This document shows, piece after piece, positions 16,040-24,000 of a stretch of DNA of 24,000 nucleotides. Numbering within the stretch: position 1 is the first letter of the stretch; each line of letters opens with the position of its first letter. Below the pieces are notes generated by a model. That model saw only the letters and a program-made list of their open reading frames with translations. It had not been told where the DNA came from and did no database searches. This DNA comes from Ktedonobacteraceae bacterium (GTDB lineage: Bacteria > Chloroflexota > Ktedonobacteria > Ktedonobacterales > Ktedonobacteraceae): assembly GCA_035653615.1 (NCBI GenBank), contig DASRBN010000037.1, forward strand, positions 39,736-63,735, read 5' to 3'. The translations under genes were made by a program, and so were the position numbers.

Positions 16040-16879
16040 ATGGCAACCAGAAACATAGATCAGCGCGATCCAGACGAAATCGTCGACGACCTCGATTTAG
16101 AGGACGACGACGATGACGATGATGACGAGGAGGAGGACGAAGGCGGAGCTACTATGACCCTGATAGAGCACCTGGAGGAGCTCCGCTGGCGCATCTTCAA
16201 ATCAGCAATTGCCATCGTAGTCTTTGGGATCGTTGCCTTCATCTTCCGTGACCCAATTGAGAAGTTTCTTACTTATCCCTTGCCCAAGACAGCCGATGCG
16301 TTGGGTACCGGTAAGATTGTCGTTACAGGAGTAGGCGAGGGCTTTACTGTCTATCTCAAGATCTCATTTGCTGTAGGCCTTCTGCTTGCGTTGCCTATCG
16401 TCCTTTATCAGATATGGGCATTCATATCACCAGGGCTTCTAGCAAAAGAGAAGAAAAATGCGGTGCCGTTTATCGTCATCGGCATTGTTCTCTTCGTTAT
16501 GGGCGTTGCGCTCGGTTACATTGTACTGCGTTTCCCGGTGGAATGGCTGATCAATTTTGCCTCGGACAGCTTTACGCCGCTTATAACAGCCGATTCCTAC
16601 TTTACCTTTGTAACATACTTCATGCTGGCCTTCGGTATCGTTTTTGAGATTCCGTTAGTGCTAACGTTCATGGCCCAACTCGGGCTGATTACGGCAAAGA
16701 CACTCACGAAGCGGCGAGCGATGGCCTATGTAATCATGTGGGTTGCGGCGACGTTCTTAACGCCCGGAGCCGACCCATACAGTCCGGTGATTCTGGGAGT
16801 GGCGATGACGTTCCTCTTTGAGTTGACGGTCATTTTCATCCGCATATTCAACCGCCAGGAGTCAGAGGCTGTCGCATAA
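16040..16879 (+). CDS. tatC: Twin-arginine translocase subunit TatC with an acidic N-terminal extension
   Basis: 279 aa. MTLIEHLEELRWRIFKS begins the conserved TatC core, which has six predicted transmembrane segments. It is preceded by DDLDLEDDDDDDDDEEEDEG. RBS AGGAGA is upstream. Confidence 0.9.
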   Translation: MATRNIDQRDPDEIVDDLDLEDDDDDDDDEEEDEGGATMTLIEHLEELRWRIFKSAIAIVVFGIVAFIFRDPIEKFLTYPLPKTADALGTGKIVVTGVGEGFTVYLKISFAVGLLLALPIVLYQIWAFISPGLLAKEKKNAVPFIVIGIVLFVMGVALGYIVLRFPVEWLINFASDSFTPLITADSYFTFVTYFMLAFGIVFEIPLVLTFMAQLGLITAKTLTKRRAMAYVIMWVAATFLTPGADPYSPVILGVAMTFLFELTVIFIRIFNRQESEAVA

Positions 16880-16910
16880 CATATGAATTTAATGTGCCAT
16901 TTGCCATCTC

Positions 16911-16973
16911 ATATGGGCAAGGGAATGGTCTGATAGGTTCCGATGAACCTCTAGGCCGTTCCCTTGCCCATAT
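16911..16973. terminator. Large hairpin between convergent tatC and the MFS gene (15-bp perfect stem with a nested 6-bp stem)
   Basis: ATATGGGCAAGGGAA (16911-16925) pairs with TTCCCTTGCCCATAT (16959-16973). The inner stem is AGGTTC/GAACCT. There is no strong U-tract on either side. Confidence 0.5.
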
Positions 16974-17013
16974 AATCCCTCAACGCGATTCTTTCTCAGT
17001 CAATGGAGAGTCT

Positions 17014-18483
17014 TCAATTCGGTGGATTGGCCTGGTTCGCGGAGTTCACACCGCTGGCAGTGGGAAAAACCTTGCTGCTGTTTGGGGTTGTATTTATTGC
17101 TCTTGGCGCGGTCTTATCGTCATCACGTCGCCCTCTTCCCCGCCCAAATTTCCCCCATAAAATTCCAATGGCAGGCAGGTAAAATATGGGAGCCAGCAGA
17201 AAGACTGATGAATAGCCCAGATGCACGATCATCAGCCCCCCAATGGGCGTTGTAATGGCCTCGGCTCCTTGAAACGCGGCCTGATACCCGCTATTGGCCA
17301 GACCTCGTTTTTGCTCTGAGACGGCTTCCATTGAGAAGACCTGTAGAATACCGTTCGACATATCCATTGCTCCTTGCCGGAAAAGGTAGAGCGCGGCAGC
17401 CAATGGCAAGAGTCCGGTCAGGCCAATCGTGATCATCAAGGGAATGCTTATTAACCTTGTCCAGACCATGGTGTTGACCTTGCCGATATGTAAAGCCAGC
17501 CAGGGAGCAGCTAGTGTGAGCAGCGCGGTAATGGTGTTTGCGCCAGCATCGATAAATCCGAAGAGTGCAGAAGAGGCTCCAAGGTGTTTCACGAAGAAAA
17601 GATTGAAGTACGGAATAAATAATCCTGCCCCTAACCCGATAAATATCTGCACCAGAAGGAGCACAAAAAAAGGACTTGCTAACACTTTTTTCCATTGCGC
17701 TCGCCTGATCGCCAGGAACCAGGCCTTGAATGATGCGATAGAAGCTGCCATTGAGCGCCAGGACGACCGGTAGAGAGCCGATTGATCGCGCTCGTGGTCG
17801 TCCCTACCCTCTTGATCCTGGCGTGGCTTCGTACTGCTCATAAGAAATAGAGGGATGAAGCTCGGCGCCGCTATGATGCCGGCAAACAGAAGGGCTATTT
17901 GATAGGAGCGCGGATAGGGTTGGCTTGCGAGCAGCCCCGAGGCAGAGGATGGTAGAGGCGCCATCAACCAGGGTATCCCACGCAACCAGATAGGTAGGAT
18001 GCCGCCCAGGATTTCGCCAAGCACTAAGGTAATCAGGCTGATAGCAATATTCATGCTGAAGAGCTGGGGACGCTCATCCGGCGTGCTATTGAGCGTCAAG
18101 AAAGGGGCATTTATCACAAGAATAAAGGCGAGGCCGATACCGGCGACAAAAGCGCTGGCCAGCAGCGGTAAGGGTTGACGAAAAAGGATCTGTCCTGCCC
18201 CTGCCAGGCCAATCAACGCGCTCGACCAGATCAGGATCGCCTTGCCACTGAAACGGTCGATGATGATACCTGCCGGGAAGATTGCCAGTCCTGCTCCTAC
18301 CGTTCCCACGAAAAGAACGGTACCGATAAAATCGGCACCGTAGCCTAAAGACGCGAGGTATAAGTTATAGAGAACCAGCAGGATGCCGGCAGTGACGCCA
18401 CTCAGCGCATTACTGATGAGGTACAGGCGAGCATTGCGCGAAAAACGAGCAAACTGCCGTGCATACTCAACGAATAAATGCAT
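17014..18483 (-). CDS. MFS transporter
   Basis: 489 aa with about 12 hydrophobic segments, a charged central loop (TKPRQDQEGRDDHERDQ) and MFS-like motifs (GIIIDRFSGK). Substrate unknown. Confidence 0.85.
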   Translation of the reverse strand: MHLFVEYARQFARFSRNARLYLISNALSGVTAGILLVLYNLYLASLGYGADFIGTVLFVGTVGAGLAIFPAGIIIDRFSGKAILIWSSALIGLAGAGQILFRQPLPLLASAFVAGIGLAFILVINAPFLTLNSTPDERPQLFSMNIAISLITLVLGEILGGILPIWLRGIPWLMAPLPSSASGLLASQPYPRSYQIALLFAGIIAAPSFIPLFLMSSTKPRQDQEGRDDHERDQSALYRSSWRSMAASIASFKAWFLAIRRAQWKKVLASPFFVLLLVQIFIGLGAGLFIPYFNLFFVKHLGASSALFGFIDAGANTITALLTLAAPWLALHIGKVNTMVWTRLISIPLMITIGLTGLLPLAAALYLFRQGAMDMSNGILQVFSMEAVSEQKRGLANSGYQAAFQGAEAITTPIGGLMIVHLGYSSVFLLAPIFYLPAIGILWGKFGRGRGRRDDDKTAPRAINTTPNSSKVFPTASGVNSANQANPPN

Positions 18484-19132
18484 CGTCGGATTGCGGCCTG
18501 TCGATTGCCTGCACAGGTTGAGGAGCCTGGATTCCTGCGGCTTCCGCCAGATGTTGGGCCGCCTCGTGTTCCGCGTCCTGCGAGCCTAAGGCACGAATCT
18601 GGCTGGCGCCCACGGTGCCATCACTGCTCTCTTTTTCCGCCTTGTCAACCAGTATCCTGTATCCCGGGCTTTTGAAAGTAATACCGGCCTTTTCCAACTC
18701 TGGATGGGAGTCCCGTTTCGTCAGGCCCGGCAGGAAAAAGGCTTTTGCCATCTGCTGCACCATGACAGTACGGGCGCGAAACTCGATGACGGCCTGCGCA
18801 ACGCGCTCGCTGCCCTGGTCAATTTTCTTTTCGATCTTCGTCGCCTGCATCGGAACCTGGCCGACCGCTCGCACAATTTTATTTTCACCTGGTTCTGGCG
18901 GAGGCAATACTCCCTTATTGCCCTCTTCAAGCGAGTGATTGACGCTTTCGACGGTCGGGCGCAATTTTTTGATCAATTCGGTTTTTTGATGCACCCAGGT
19001 AAAAGCGAACATCAAACCTGCCGCGAGGGCCAGACCAATCAGGATATAGATGAACATGTAGAGGCCCAGGAGAATGGCTGCCGCCTGTCCCCATGGAGCC
19101 AGGGGGTCACCTGCCAGTATATACGATAACAT
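18467..19132 (-). CDS. Hypothetical membrane-anchored protein
   Basis: This is the frame of ORF 18467..19138. I prefer the ATG at 19132 (MLSYILAG...), preceded by GGGAGGTGA. It has an N-terminal transmembrane region and then a charged soluble part. Its 3' end overlaps the MFS start by 17 nt. Confidence 0.6.
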   Translation of the reverse strand: MLSYILAGDPLAPWGQAAAILLGLYMFIYILIGLALAAGLMFAFTWVHQKTELIKKLRPTVESVNHSLEEGNKGVLPPPEPGENKIVRAVGQVPMQATKIEKKIDQGSERVAQAVIEFRARTVMVQQMAKAFFLPGLTKRDSHPELEKAGITFKSPGYRILVDKAEKESSDGTVGASQIRALGSQDAEHEAAQHLAEAAGIQAPQPVQAIDRPQSDDAFIR

Positions 19133-19134
19133 CG

Positions 19135-19620
19135 TCAATCACCTCCCACAGCGGAATCCAACTCCAATCGTTTTTGCCGCTCCACCCGCTCATCATAGCG
19201 GCTGCGCGTGCGCCCCTTGCCCAGAAACACACGGAACATCTGTTGCGCGGCAACAACGGTAGAAACCGCTCGCACACTTGGCGCGACCGCAAATTCGCTC
19301 GTCAGTTTGGCGGTAGTGCCAATCGTATTTGCTGTCTCGCCCGCATTCCTTGCCGTCTCTTTCACTGCACCCAGCGTCTCCTGCACCGATGCCATTAAGG
19401 GCTTGACCTCGTTCCGCACGAGGGTAATGGTCTGAATGAGCTCGAATATGGCAAAGATCAACAGAGCAGTCGAGATCAGTGTAACGGCCGCCAGGATGAT
19501 CAATGCAACGTAAAGCACATCCAGCAGTACACCAAAGATACCAGCAATGATAAAACCCGCAATGACGAGTATACCGATGACGGCTGCCGCGATGATCGCG
19601 TATCGTATTGCACCTTTCAT
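19135..19620 (-). CDS. DUF948-like membrane protein (YtxG-type general stress family)
   Basis: This is the frame of ORF 19135..19668. I prefer the ATG at 19620, preceded by GGAGGG. It has N-terminal transmembrane helices, then LVRNEVKPLMASVQETLGAVKETARNAGETANTIG, which resembles the DUF948 repeat-like helical region. Family assignment is from memory. Confidence 0.5.
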   Translation of the reverse strand: MKGAIRYAIIAAAVIGILVIAGFIIAGIFGVLLDVLYVALIILAAVTLISTALLIFAIFELIQTITLVRNEVKPLMASVQETLGAVKETARNAGETANTIGTTAKLTSEFAVAPSVRAVSTVVAAQQMFRVFLGKGRTRSRYDERVERQKRLELDSAVGGD

Positions 19621-19736
19621 AAACGCCCTCCGAAAATTAGTGAGTAGTTCTACTTGATTATAGCTCATGACGGCTGAAAATAGCTATCTCTTCTTACTGT
19701 ACACGGATTAGAGGCGGCAAAAGGCTACAAAGCAGA

Positions 19737-19770
19737 CAGAAAAGCCACCGCTCATATCAGGAGCGGTGGC
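19737..19770 (-). terminator. Rho-independent terminator of BNR gene 1
   Basis: On the minus strand: GCCACCGCTC, loop CTGATAT, GAGCGGTGGC (plus-strand arms 19744-19753 and 19761-19770), followed by TTTTCTG. Confidence 0.7.
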
Positions 19771-19802
19771 TACTGTGTATCCCAATAGAGAATAGACGCG
19801 TT

Positions 19803-21275
19803 TTAATTCGCCGTAGGATGAGTGATGGGCCGGGCGGTTCCCGTGTATACGACCGGGGCGGTCGAGACAATTGTGCCACCCGTTACAGGTAATCCACCTT
19901 TGACGGTATACATGGCCTCATTGAACTTAGTGCCCTTGTTCTTCTTAGCCACGGCGAACACGGGATAAGCGTTGCCATTGGAGGCGATGGAGGTCGAAAT
20001 GTAGTCACCTACCATACGGCCCTGGTTGGTGTTAGCCAACCACGTGAGCATCATTGGGCCTGCAAGTTGTTTGCTTGCGGACCAGGAAGCCCCACCATTG
20101 GTCGAAGAAATGTAGCCAACATCCAACTGGCAGTTACTGGTGCAGCTGGCATTCGTGAAGTAGTAGTACGTCACTGCAATATGTGCATTGCTGCCCGACG
20201 TCGACTTGTCTACAGCAATACCGGGAATGAAGTGATCGACGTTACTGCCCACGGGGTCGGCAGGGACACGTTGTACCGCTGACCAATGGGTGCCATCGGA
20301 GGAGGTGCTATAGACGATATCGTTGGCGCTGCAGCCGTTCTCGAAGCGGCAGTCCTGCCAGGCAACGTAGACGGTACCGGAGCCATCGATCTCAGCTGAA
20401 GGGAGGGGACTGGTGCGAATAGGCGCCTGCTCAGTGAAGGTATCCAAAGTTGCCACGGTGACAGCAGCCGTCCAGCTGGAGCCGCCATTCGTCGAGGTGA
20501 AAGCGGAGATGGTGCCATTGAGATCCTCAAAAGGCACGATTACCGTACCGTTGGGCTGCACTAATGGTTGTCCTCCCAGGCCAAAGGGATTGTTGGCCGG
20601 AGATTTGGCAGCTCCCCATGTGCTTCCGCCATTCGTGGAGGTACTCATCAGCTCCTGGTCATTGTTATTGACGTTGTCAAATTCGGTGTAGCAGTTTCCG
20701 TAGAACTTGCTGGTTGATGTGTTGTCGCAGACGCTCCAGTTTTTATCAAAGAACGCCCCTGAATTATCGACCGGAACCGGGTTGCTCCAGGTTAGCCCTC
20801 CATCGGTTGAGCGGCTGACATCCACATCCACCGGTGGTTGTTCGGCCCCTGAAAGCCCCAGGAAAGAAATGATCCAGACATTATGCTTTGCATCGTAAGC
20901 AACGGATGGATCGCTGACACGCGCATATGGTCCTGGAGGAGTAGAGTAGGGCGTAGTACCCGGCAAGAAGCCATTCTTCCAGGTTGCGCCATTATCGGTC
21001 GAGGTAGCCCAACCGATGTCCGAACTGCCACCATCAAAGAATCGCCCAGACTGGAATGCGGAGACGATGGTAGAACCAAAGGTAAAGGTGTCTGGCTCTA
21101 CTTGCGTTTTGTGCTGGCTCGTCTGATTGGTGAAAGGGTCTTTGCTCAGCCTGAGCAAGGTACCTTTCGCCCCCACAGAGGCAAATGCTAATGAGGCCGT
21201 TACGAGTGCCAGCAGCAGGGCAACAGTCACGCTTAGAGCAGCGCGCATTGGCCGGTGAGAGTGAGAGATAGGCAT
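19803..21275 (-). CDS. Secreted BNR/Asp-box repeat beta-propeller protein (sialidase-like fold)
   Basis: This is the frame of ORF 19803..21344. I prefer the ATG at 21275, preceded by AAGGAG, because the longer form would include the upstream terminator. Signal peptide is MRAALSVTVALLLALVTASLAFA. There are about six Asp-boxes (STDNGATW, STDGGLTW, STNGGSTW, STNGGSSW, SSDGTHW, STNGGASW). Confidence 0.8.
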   Translation of the reverse strand: MPISHSHRPMRAALSVTVALLLALVTASLAFASVGAKGTLLRLSKDPFTNQTSQHKTQVEPDTFTFGSTIVSAFQSGRFFDGGSSDIGWATSTDNGATWKNGFLPGTTPYSTPPGPYARVSDPSVAYDAKHNVWIISFLGLSGAEQPPVDVDVSRSTDGGLTWSNPVPVDNSGAFFDKNWSVCDNTSTSKFYGNCYTEFDNVNNNDQELMSTSTNGGSTWGAAKSPANNPFGLGGQPLVQPNGTVIVPFEDLNGTISAFTSTNGGSSWTAAVTVATLDTFTEQAPIRTSPLPSAEIDGSGTVYVAWQDCRFENGCSANDIVYSTSSDGTHWSAVQRVPADPVGSNVDHFIPGIAVDKSTSGSNAHIAVTYYYFTNASCTSNCQLDVGYISSTNGGASWSASKQLAGPMMLTWLANTNQGRMVGDYISTSIASNGNAYPVFAVAKKNKGTKFNEAMYTVKGGLPVTGGTIVSTAPVVYTGTARPITHPTAN

Positions 21276-21314
21276 AGATGTTTCTCCTTGAAACAAAATA
21301 GAGACAGCGGTTTG

Positions 21315-21342
21315 AAAAGGGGACAGGCGAATTGCTGTCCCC
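21315..21342 (-). terminator. Rho-independent terminator between the two BNR genes
   Basis: On the minus strand: GGGGACAG, 8-nt loop, CTGTCCCC (plus-strand arms 21319-21326 and 21335-21342), followed by TTTTCAAA. Confidence 0.6.
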
Positions 21343-21411
21343 ACAATTCGCCCATACCGTCAAGCAAAGATCTCCAGCAGCTCTGGAAGAGGCGACCGGA
21401 GATCATTTGTC

Positions 21412-22941
21412 CTACGCATTATTTCGAATGCCGCCGATGAACTCCTGGTCAATGCCGTTACGGGTATCGGTCCAGACAGCATAAAGGGTCTTGCCATCCC
21501 AGTAGTTGCCTGTATAGTCTCCGATGAATGAACCGCCGAAACCATCGTTGAACGGATTCGAGGGCTTGGAGGCCAGTTGGAAGTTTGTGCCAAAGGTCGA
21601 ACCGTTCGTGGAAAGAACGCCAAACTCTTCATAGTTGACATTGTTGGGGTCATTGCGACGATCCAACCAGGTGACACCTACGACTCCAGTGGGGCTGACG
21701 CTCAACCAGGGGAAGAATTCGTCGTTGGCGGCGGTGGTTACACGTACTGGACTGCCCCAGGAGGAGCCACCATTGGAGGAGGTGGAGACCTCCACCTGCA
21801 TCTGGGTTCCAGTATAATTATAGAAAGCGGCGTAGAGATGGCCGCTGTTGGATCCGCTGCTGTTGTCAACATCAACGACAGCAGGGTTGTTCACGCGCTC
21901 GTCGGTATTGGGAACATTGCCATAGTAGGCGCAACCGCAGCTATCGGGCACCAATTGGACCGAAGCAATGGTCACCGGATTGCTCCAGGTATTGCCGCCA
22001 TCGGTAGACTTGGAGAACATCAGGTTCACCTTGGTGCCACCACAGTCGCCTGCCGGGCCACTCGTCAAGCAGCGCATCCAGGTGACATAGACTGTACCGT
22101 CTTTGCCAACGGCCAGGTCGCTAAACTGGTCAAGTTTGGGCAGGTTCTGAACCGTATCGACCGCCACCGTTTTCCAGGTAGCGCCACCATCGGTCGAATG
22201 CGAGACGGAGATCTGGTCAGCGGTATCGCTTGAATTGAATTGGGTGACTGAGATGTAGAGGGCATTGGCATGCGGACTACTGGGATTGGTATCAATTTGC
22301 AGCCAGTCCTTATCGGTGAGGCCACCAGACATGAGGGGATTCACAGCAATGGCCGGGGCACTCCAGGTCTGGCCGTTATTGCTGGACTTCTGAAAGATGA
22401 TCTCACCGGTGGATCCGTTGGGACTATCAATGCCGGTGATGTAGGAGTTGCCGTTCAGATCGTAGCCGACTCCAGGATCACCCTCACCAAATTGCCCCGT
22501 AAGATTCTGCATGCAGAAGAGGCTCCACTTCTTGCCCGCGGTACTGGAGCTATAAAACCCCTGTGTATTGGGGCAATTGTAGTCATTAGCACCCGTTAAG
22601 AGTTGCTTACTGTTTTTAGGGTTGGCCACAATAGGGGTTTCATTGTTGGGTTGTGACCCTTGTGAGACCTGCTTATCCTTCAAGGCACAAGGAGCGGGTT
22701 TACACTTCAGATCAGGGGAGATACCGGGAGCAGGGGCATGACCATTTAAGTGGATGGTGCCGTTATGGATGCCTTGTGCTACGAGTACGCCTGTTGAGAG
22801 TGGACTCTTTGGTAACAGCTGCTTACCCTGGCTGATAGTGCTTTGTGCATTGGCCGAAGCAGAGAAAGCTACCAGCATGAGCAGCCCAATAAATACAGGG
22901 CCGCACAGCAGACGTGCAATCTTTTTCATATTGGATTCCAT
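21412..22941 (-). CDS. Secreted BNR/Asp-box repeat beta-propeller protein, paralogue of the downstream gene
   Basis: 509 aa (or a start at MKKIA, 22929). Signal peptide is KKIARLLCGPVFIGLLMLVAFSASANA. Asp-boxes are SSNNGQTW, STDGGATW, STDGGNTW and SSNGGSSW. It shares DK(D/N)W and GDY motifs with the neighbouring protein. Confidence 0.8.
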   Translation of the reverse strand: MESNMKKIARLLCGPVFIGLLMLVAFSASANAQSTISQGKQLLPKSPLSTGVLVAQGIHNGTIHLNGHAPAPGISPDLKCKPAPCALKDKQVSQGSQPNNETPIVANPKNSKQLLTGANDYNCPNTQGFYSSSTAGKKWSLFCMQNLTGQFGEGDPGVGYDLNGNSYITGIDSPNGSTGEIIFQKSSNNGQTWSAPAIAVNPLMSGGLTDKDWLQIDTNPSSPHANALYISVTQFNSSDTADQISVSHSTDGGATWKTVAVDTVQNLPKLDQFSDLAVGKDGTVYVTWMRCLTSGPAGDCGGTKVNLMFSKSTDGGNTWSNPVTIASVQLVPDSCGCAYYGNVPNTDERVNNPAVVDVDNSSGSNSGHLYAAFYNYTGTQMQVEVSTSSNGGSSWGSPVRVTTAANDEFFPWLSVSPTGVVGVTWLDRRNDPNNVNYEEFGVLSTNGSTFGTNFQLASKPSNPFNDGFGGSFIGDYTGNYWDGKTLYAVWTDTRNGIDQEFIGGIRNNA

Positions 22942-23563
22942 TTCCTCCAGTTTGACATCTGCGGGTTATTACTTGCAGATATCAGGACAAATTGACAACA
23001 GCTTATCCTATAAAAGTGAGGCTACTCTATAGCAAACTGGTCGTGTTGCATGAGAGATACACGGGACAGATGTATCCAATAATCAACACGGCTGTACTGT
23101 TTGCCATACGGCTCATTCTCACTCAGCATGTACCTGGGAGAAATGGCAAAAGAACAGGCAATTATTACGAGGTAATCCTTGAAAAGAGCATCAATCACCT
23201 CGTTGCTGCTAGAAGACCCCCACTATCATAGCCACGTAGTTTGCAATCGATTTTGGCACCCGGTATACCTGTTCCAGGCATACCATTAGATAAACACTTC
23301 ATTGTACACAATAAAGAGTATAACCGATAAACAGGCCTTTGTAAAGGGAAAACCACAACAAATTTCAACTTGCCTGGTAGATGAAAAGCAAACAAATTAG
23401 CACGAGCTTAGAAACCTGAGCATGAACTGAAAAAATACTGAGACTTTCTATTGTTGACTTGCAACGGCGCCCGCTTGCGTTTATTTTGAGAGTAGATACA
23501 TCAGTTTTAAGCATAAGTCTGTCTAACCGAATAGATATCCAGCAACCTGGAGAAGGAGCGAAA

Positions 23564-23929
23564 ATGCTAGCACTGAGCCTGATTCTGGCAGATGGTGTGA
23601 CCATCAAAATCGGAGACAATGTCTGGACATTTGGCCTCAATTTCATCATTTACCTGATCATTGCGGCCATTATTGGATTGATTGCGGAGTTTATTGTCGG
23701 CTGGCGATTGCCGTTTGGCTTCATCGGAGCGATCATCGCAGCGTTGATCGGCATCTGGCTGATGACCAACGTGATCATTATCACTGGCCTGCCCGATATT
23801 AAAATCAATACGACGCCGCCGGTCTATCTGCTACGAGCATTGATCGGAGCCATCATATTAGTGGCGATATGGCACCTGATAACATACCCACTCTATCGCC
23901 GCCGTCGGCGCTATTACCGCAGAGTGTGA
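23564..23929 (+). CDS. GlsB/YeaQ/YmgE-family (transglycosylase-associated) stress membrane protein, extended form
   Basis: This is the frame of ORF 23459..23929. I prefer the ATG at 23564, preceded by GGAGAAGGAG. IIGLIAEFIVGWRLPFGFIGAIIAALIGIWL resembles the family core. The C-terminus is basic: YRRRRRYYRRV. Confidence 0.6.
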   Translation: MLALSLILADGVTIKIGDNVWTFGLNFIIYLIIAAIIGLIAEFIVGWRLPFGFIGAIIAALIGIWLMTNVIIITGLPDIKINTTPPVYLLRALIGAIILVAIWHLITYPLYRRRRRYYRRV

Positions 23930-23952
23930 ACAAAAGCTTGACCGGTTAGTAG

Positions 23953-23998
23953 CCCTCGGACAGGGTATTTGCTACAGTATACTCTGTCCGAGGGTTTT
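23953..23998 (+). terminator. Rho-independent terminator
   Basis: CCCTCGGACAG (23953-23963) pairs with CTGTCCGAGGG (23984-23994) and is followed by TTTT. Confidence 0.7.
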
Positions 23999-24000
23999 AT

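Noticed and set aside
16894-17160. 88-aa plus-strand ORF after tatC
   Set aside because: It spans the convergent-gene hairpin and the antisense of the MFS C-terminus. It has no SD and no motif.
21577-22233. 218-aa plus-strand ORF, plus other plus-strand ORFs across 19800-22950
   Set aside because: They are antisense to the BNR genes. The Gly/Ala/Val-rich repetitive translation mirrors the Asp-box-rich sense strand.
1-24000. Looked for CRISPR arrays, IS elements, transposase or integrase genes, tRNA/rRNA genes and prophage blocks
   Set aside because: I found no spaced direct-repeat array, no transposase/integrase-like ORF, no terminal inverted repeats flanking the AT-rich cassettes and no tRNA-like sequence. 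The only notable repeats are the 86-bp palindrome and the GAY/GAR codon tracts.

Overview
This 24-kb window is mostly a densely packed housekeeping chromosomal segment. The gene content and order (coaD ... DUF177-rpmF-fabD ... asp23-nusB-acpP, split transketolase, tatA/tatC, recG) look like a Terrabacteria lineage, possibly Chloroflexota or Ktedonobacteria-like. That taxon guess is low-confidence and comes only from protein style and synteny. I support about 27 CDSs, several intrinsic terminators and one textbook sigma70 promoter. I found no rRNA, tRNA, CRISPR array, transposase or integrase. Two small, visibly AT-richer two-gene cassettes interrupt the core genes (GC not computed). One is a DUF5678-like gene plus a retropepsin-like aspartic protease at the left edge. 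The other is a DUF433/DUF5615 (PIN-like) toxin-antitoxin-type pair directly upstream of recG. The features least explained by ordinary annotation are non-coding. (i) A perfect 86-bp zero-loop palindrome lies right after acpP. (ii) A stretch of about 450-620 bp with no credible ORF sits between ridA and the DUF177-rpmF operon and has nested or pseudoknot-capable helices. (iii) A perfect TTGACA-17-TATAAT promoter has a leader of about 135-150 nt ahead of DUF177-rpmF. Other oddities are Asp/Glu codon-repeat tracts in both TatA and TatC, a roughly 200-aa N-terminal extension on RecG, an ECF sigma gene overlapping a small RR-motif membrane protein next to tatAC, and two tandem secreted BNR/Asp-box propeller paralogues. 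I cannot identify a clearly novel multi-gene system with confidence. All functional calls rest on motif recognition by eye, with no database search.
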